Positions 63,495 through 64,000 of a DNA stretch of 64,000 bases are shown one piece after another. The DNA is from Octopus sinensis. Its lineage: Eukaryota. The notes under the pieces were generated by a model, which had not been told where the DNA came from, made no database searches, and saw only the letters and a list, made by a program, of their open reading frames with translations. The stretch spans positions 2,913 through 66,912 of the forward strand of contig NW_021834173.1 of assembly GCF_006345805.1 (NCBI RefSeq), given 5' to 3'. A program made the position numbers and the translations under genes. Positions within the stretch are counted from its first letter, which is position 1, and every line of letters starts with the position of its first letter.

Positions 63495-64000
63495 GTGAGT
63501 TGGAAAATAAATTAAAGCCATCGTCGACAGACTACAAGATACGAGGAACAGCACTAAATTGGTTTCAAGCCAACAAGATGCTTGAAACCCATTTTGTCAC
63601 TCTCTCTCTCTCTAAGAGATTTGCTCCATTTGCTAGAAATAACAATTATATTTTTCTCAAATGACATCCCATTATATTAAGAAAAGAAAAAAAAAAAAAG
63701 ATACATTTTGATAATGTAGTCTTAACCCTTCATCATTCAGATTACTCTGTCAAATGTAATGTTTAATTTATTCATATGCATATGGGAGATATCATTGTCT
63801 TGTGAGTCATATCACTAAACTTGGGAGCCTGGTCATTTGATCACCCTATGGGTCACATAACTGTACTTTGGGACATCTAACTGGTCCTATCGTGGGATAT
63901 CACTGTGGTAAGAATCCTTTCTTAGCTCTAAGAAGCGCTTTACAATAAAAACAATGCATTGCACACCAAGTAACATCATAATGTTTGAATTATATGGAGA

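Noticed and set aside
63558-63596. miRNA-like hairpin
   Set aside because: The stem is only about 15 bp with a 9-nt loop, too short for a pre-miRNA.

Overview
AT-rich, microsatellite-dense eukaryotic DNA. The tRNA-headed SINE families look like those I know from Octopus, so a coleoid cephalopod origin is likely (inference from memory, no database search). The window is mostly intronic or intergenic and filled with transposon debris. It holds several modular tRNA-derived SINE families (my labels A-E), Tc1/mariner, piggyBac-type (TTAA) and Buster-type hAT MITEs with visible TIRs and TSDs, and two non-autonomous Helitrons. It also holds fossil coding fragments of a Buster hAT transposase and of CR1, RTE and R4/Dong-like LINEs. 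I could not identify any cellular protein-coding gene with confidence. The long ORFs in the track are microsatellite or minisatellite artefacts, and only a few short, low-confidence candidate exons stand out. No CRISPR array, rRNA or true tRNA gene was seen. The most striking structures are a near-perfect ~330-bp head-to-head SINE-tail palindrome (6560-6890) and an 18-bp perfect hairpin that includes a Helitron 3' terminus (41511-41553). I see no solid evidence for a wholly new biological system. Boundaries of degenerate repeats are approximate and were set by eye.
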